A DNA stretch of 64,000 bases from the human T2T-CHM13v2.0 reference genome, Homo sapiens. Made by a program: the position numbers and the translations under genes. The stretch lies in NCBI RefSeq assembly GCF_009914755.1, contig NC_060929.1; one strand, 5' to 3'. A model generated the notes under the pieces. The model searched no databases, was not told the origin of the DNA, and saw nothing but the letters and a program-made list of their open reading frames with translations. Shown here piece by piece: positions 62,857 to 64,000 of this stretch. Every line of letters begins with the position of its first letter. Within the stretch, counting starts at the first letter, position 1.

Positions 62857-63859
62857 GTGAGTATAATTTGCCATGTTACTTGATGGCTGCTCTGTGGGAA
62901 TTAAGTTATTTTCATTATCCAATTTTGATTCGTTACTTATGATTGTATTGATTAGTGAAAGTAGAGCTAATTTTAAAAATCAGGTACATTTGCTTTTGGG
63001 ATAATAAACTCATCTCTTCTTAAAAATGATGAGGTAAATTACTAGTCAGACCTGCTCATTTTTCCTTCATCTCTCCTATTACCACTACTTTTTCAAGTCT
63101 CCTGGGATGGCTGAAGTATCTTGAAGCAGAAGCACACTAATGTTTCCTTGATTCTGCACACTTAATATTTTGCTGTTGGGTGGATAGCTGCTAGGGAGGT
63201 CTAGGAAGAGAATAAATATATGCAAATTTGTAGAATTAAACTCATAAGAGGGATCTTCACATTGATTTAGATGAACTCCGTTCTTCCAGCAGTCCAGATC
63301 ATGTCATTTGTGGGGACATAGTGAGTTCAGATTCCATCTAGCCTGATGTTGATTCATGGAGGTGGAGATTGGGATGCCATATAAACCAGTGGAGATTATT
63401 GGGCACTCTTGGTTCTTGATGTCAGATATGTGAGTGCTGCATTTGTCATTTTGTAAATATTCATCCAGATTGAGGCTGATGAAGGTAGGGCATTGTGGGA
63501 GAATGGAAGCAGGATAAGTCCCCAGAAATGCGGGGACCATCAGGCCTCTAGGCTCTATTCTAGCAAGTAACTGGAGTGAGTGATGAGCAAGTACAGAAGC
63601 CTAGTCTGGGCAGTGTGATGGCATAGGCCCAGATGTTCCCCTCTTGGCTTTAAGATAGTAGACAGTTTGCAGACCACACCTACTGTGAGGAGCGAAGCTC
63701 CTAAAATCATTGCTTGGTAGAAATAGTTTATGAGCCCAATCTAGGATGATCCTAAATGGCGATGATGTGCATTCAGTTCTTACAGGTACCAGGGAGAAAC
63801 TAAAAACCCTAGTGTCTAAGGGCAAGACCATCATAATGTAACTGCCGTATATTGGAAGC

Positions 63860-64000
63860 AAACCACATGCTTGGTACTGTGCTTGATGCTTTTATATATT
63901 TTGTATATTGTTTCCAATCTTCATAGTAACCTTGAAAGGTAGAGATTATATTATCTCCATTTTACAAATGTGAAAATTTAGGTCCAGAGAGAAAAAGTAA
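63860..64000 (-). mobile_element. MIR SINE
   Basis: aggtagagattatattatctccattttacaaatgtgaaaa, the reverse MIR core. Confidence 0.65.

Overview
This is primate genomic DNA, almost certainly human. It contains about 39 kb of repeat-dense upstream sequence, then the CpG-island promoter and first three coding exons of NDFIP1 (Nedd4 family-interacting protein 1) on the + strand. Exons 39493-39555, 62322-62409 and 62726-62856 splice GT-AG into MALALAALAAVEPACGSRYQQ|LQNEEESGEPEQAAGDAPPPYSSISAESA|AYFDYKDESGFPKPPSYNVATTLPSYDEAERTKAEATIPLVPGR, which carries all three PY motifs; the gene continues beyond the window. Most of the rest is interspersed repeats: more than 50 Alu copies or fragments, a 3.0 kb SVA (likely SVA_F) with a 15-bp TSD, a solo ERVK LTR (likely LTR14/HML-10) with a 6-bp TSD, nested ERV1/MaLR LTRs, old L1/L2/MIR and MER DNA transposons, and a tailless 5S rRNA retro-fragment with a 16-bp TSD. 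Almost all ORFs in the supplied track are Alu/SVA/L1 artefacts. I found no prokaryote-type system and cannot support a wholly new biological system. The best leads are a +1-frame ORF open across the 5'UTR and exons 1-3, the in-frame PY-motif module formed by exons 2+3 with tandem splice sites, and the SVA and solo LTR as possible cis-regulators. Repeat subfamily names come from recalled consensus sequences, and repeat boundaries are approximate unless a TSD is quoted.
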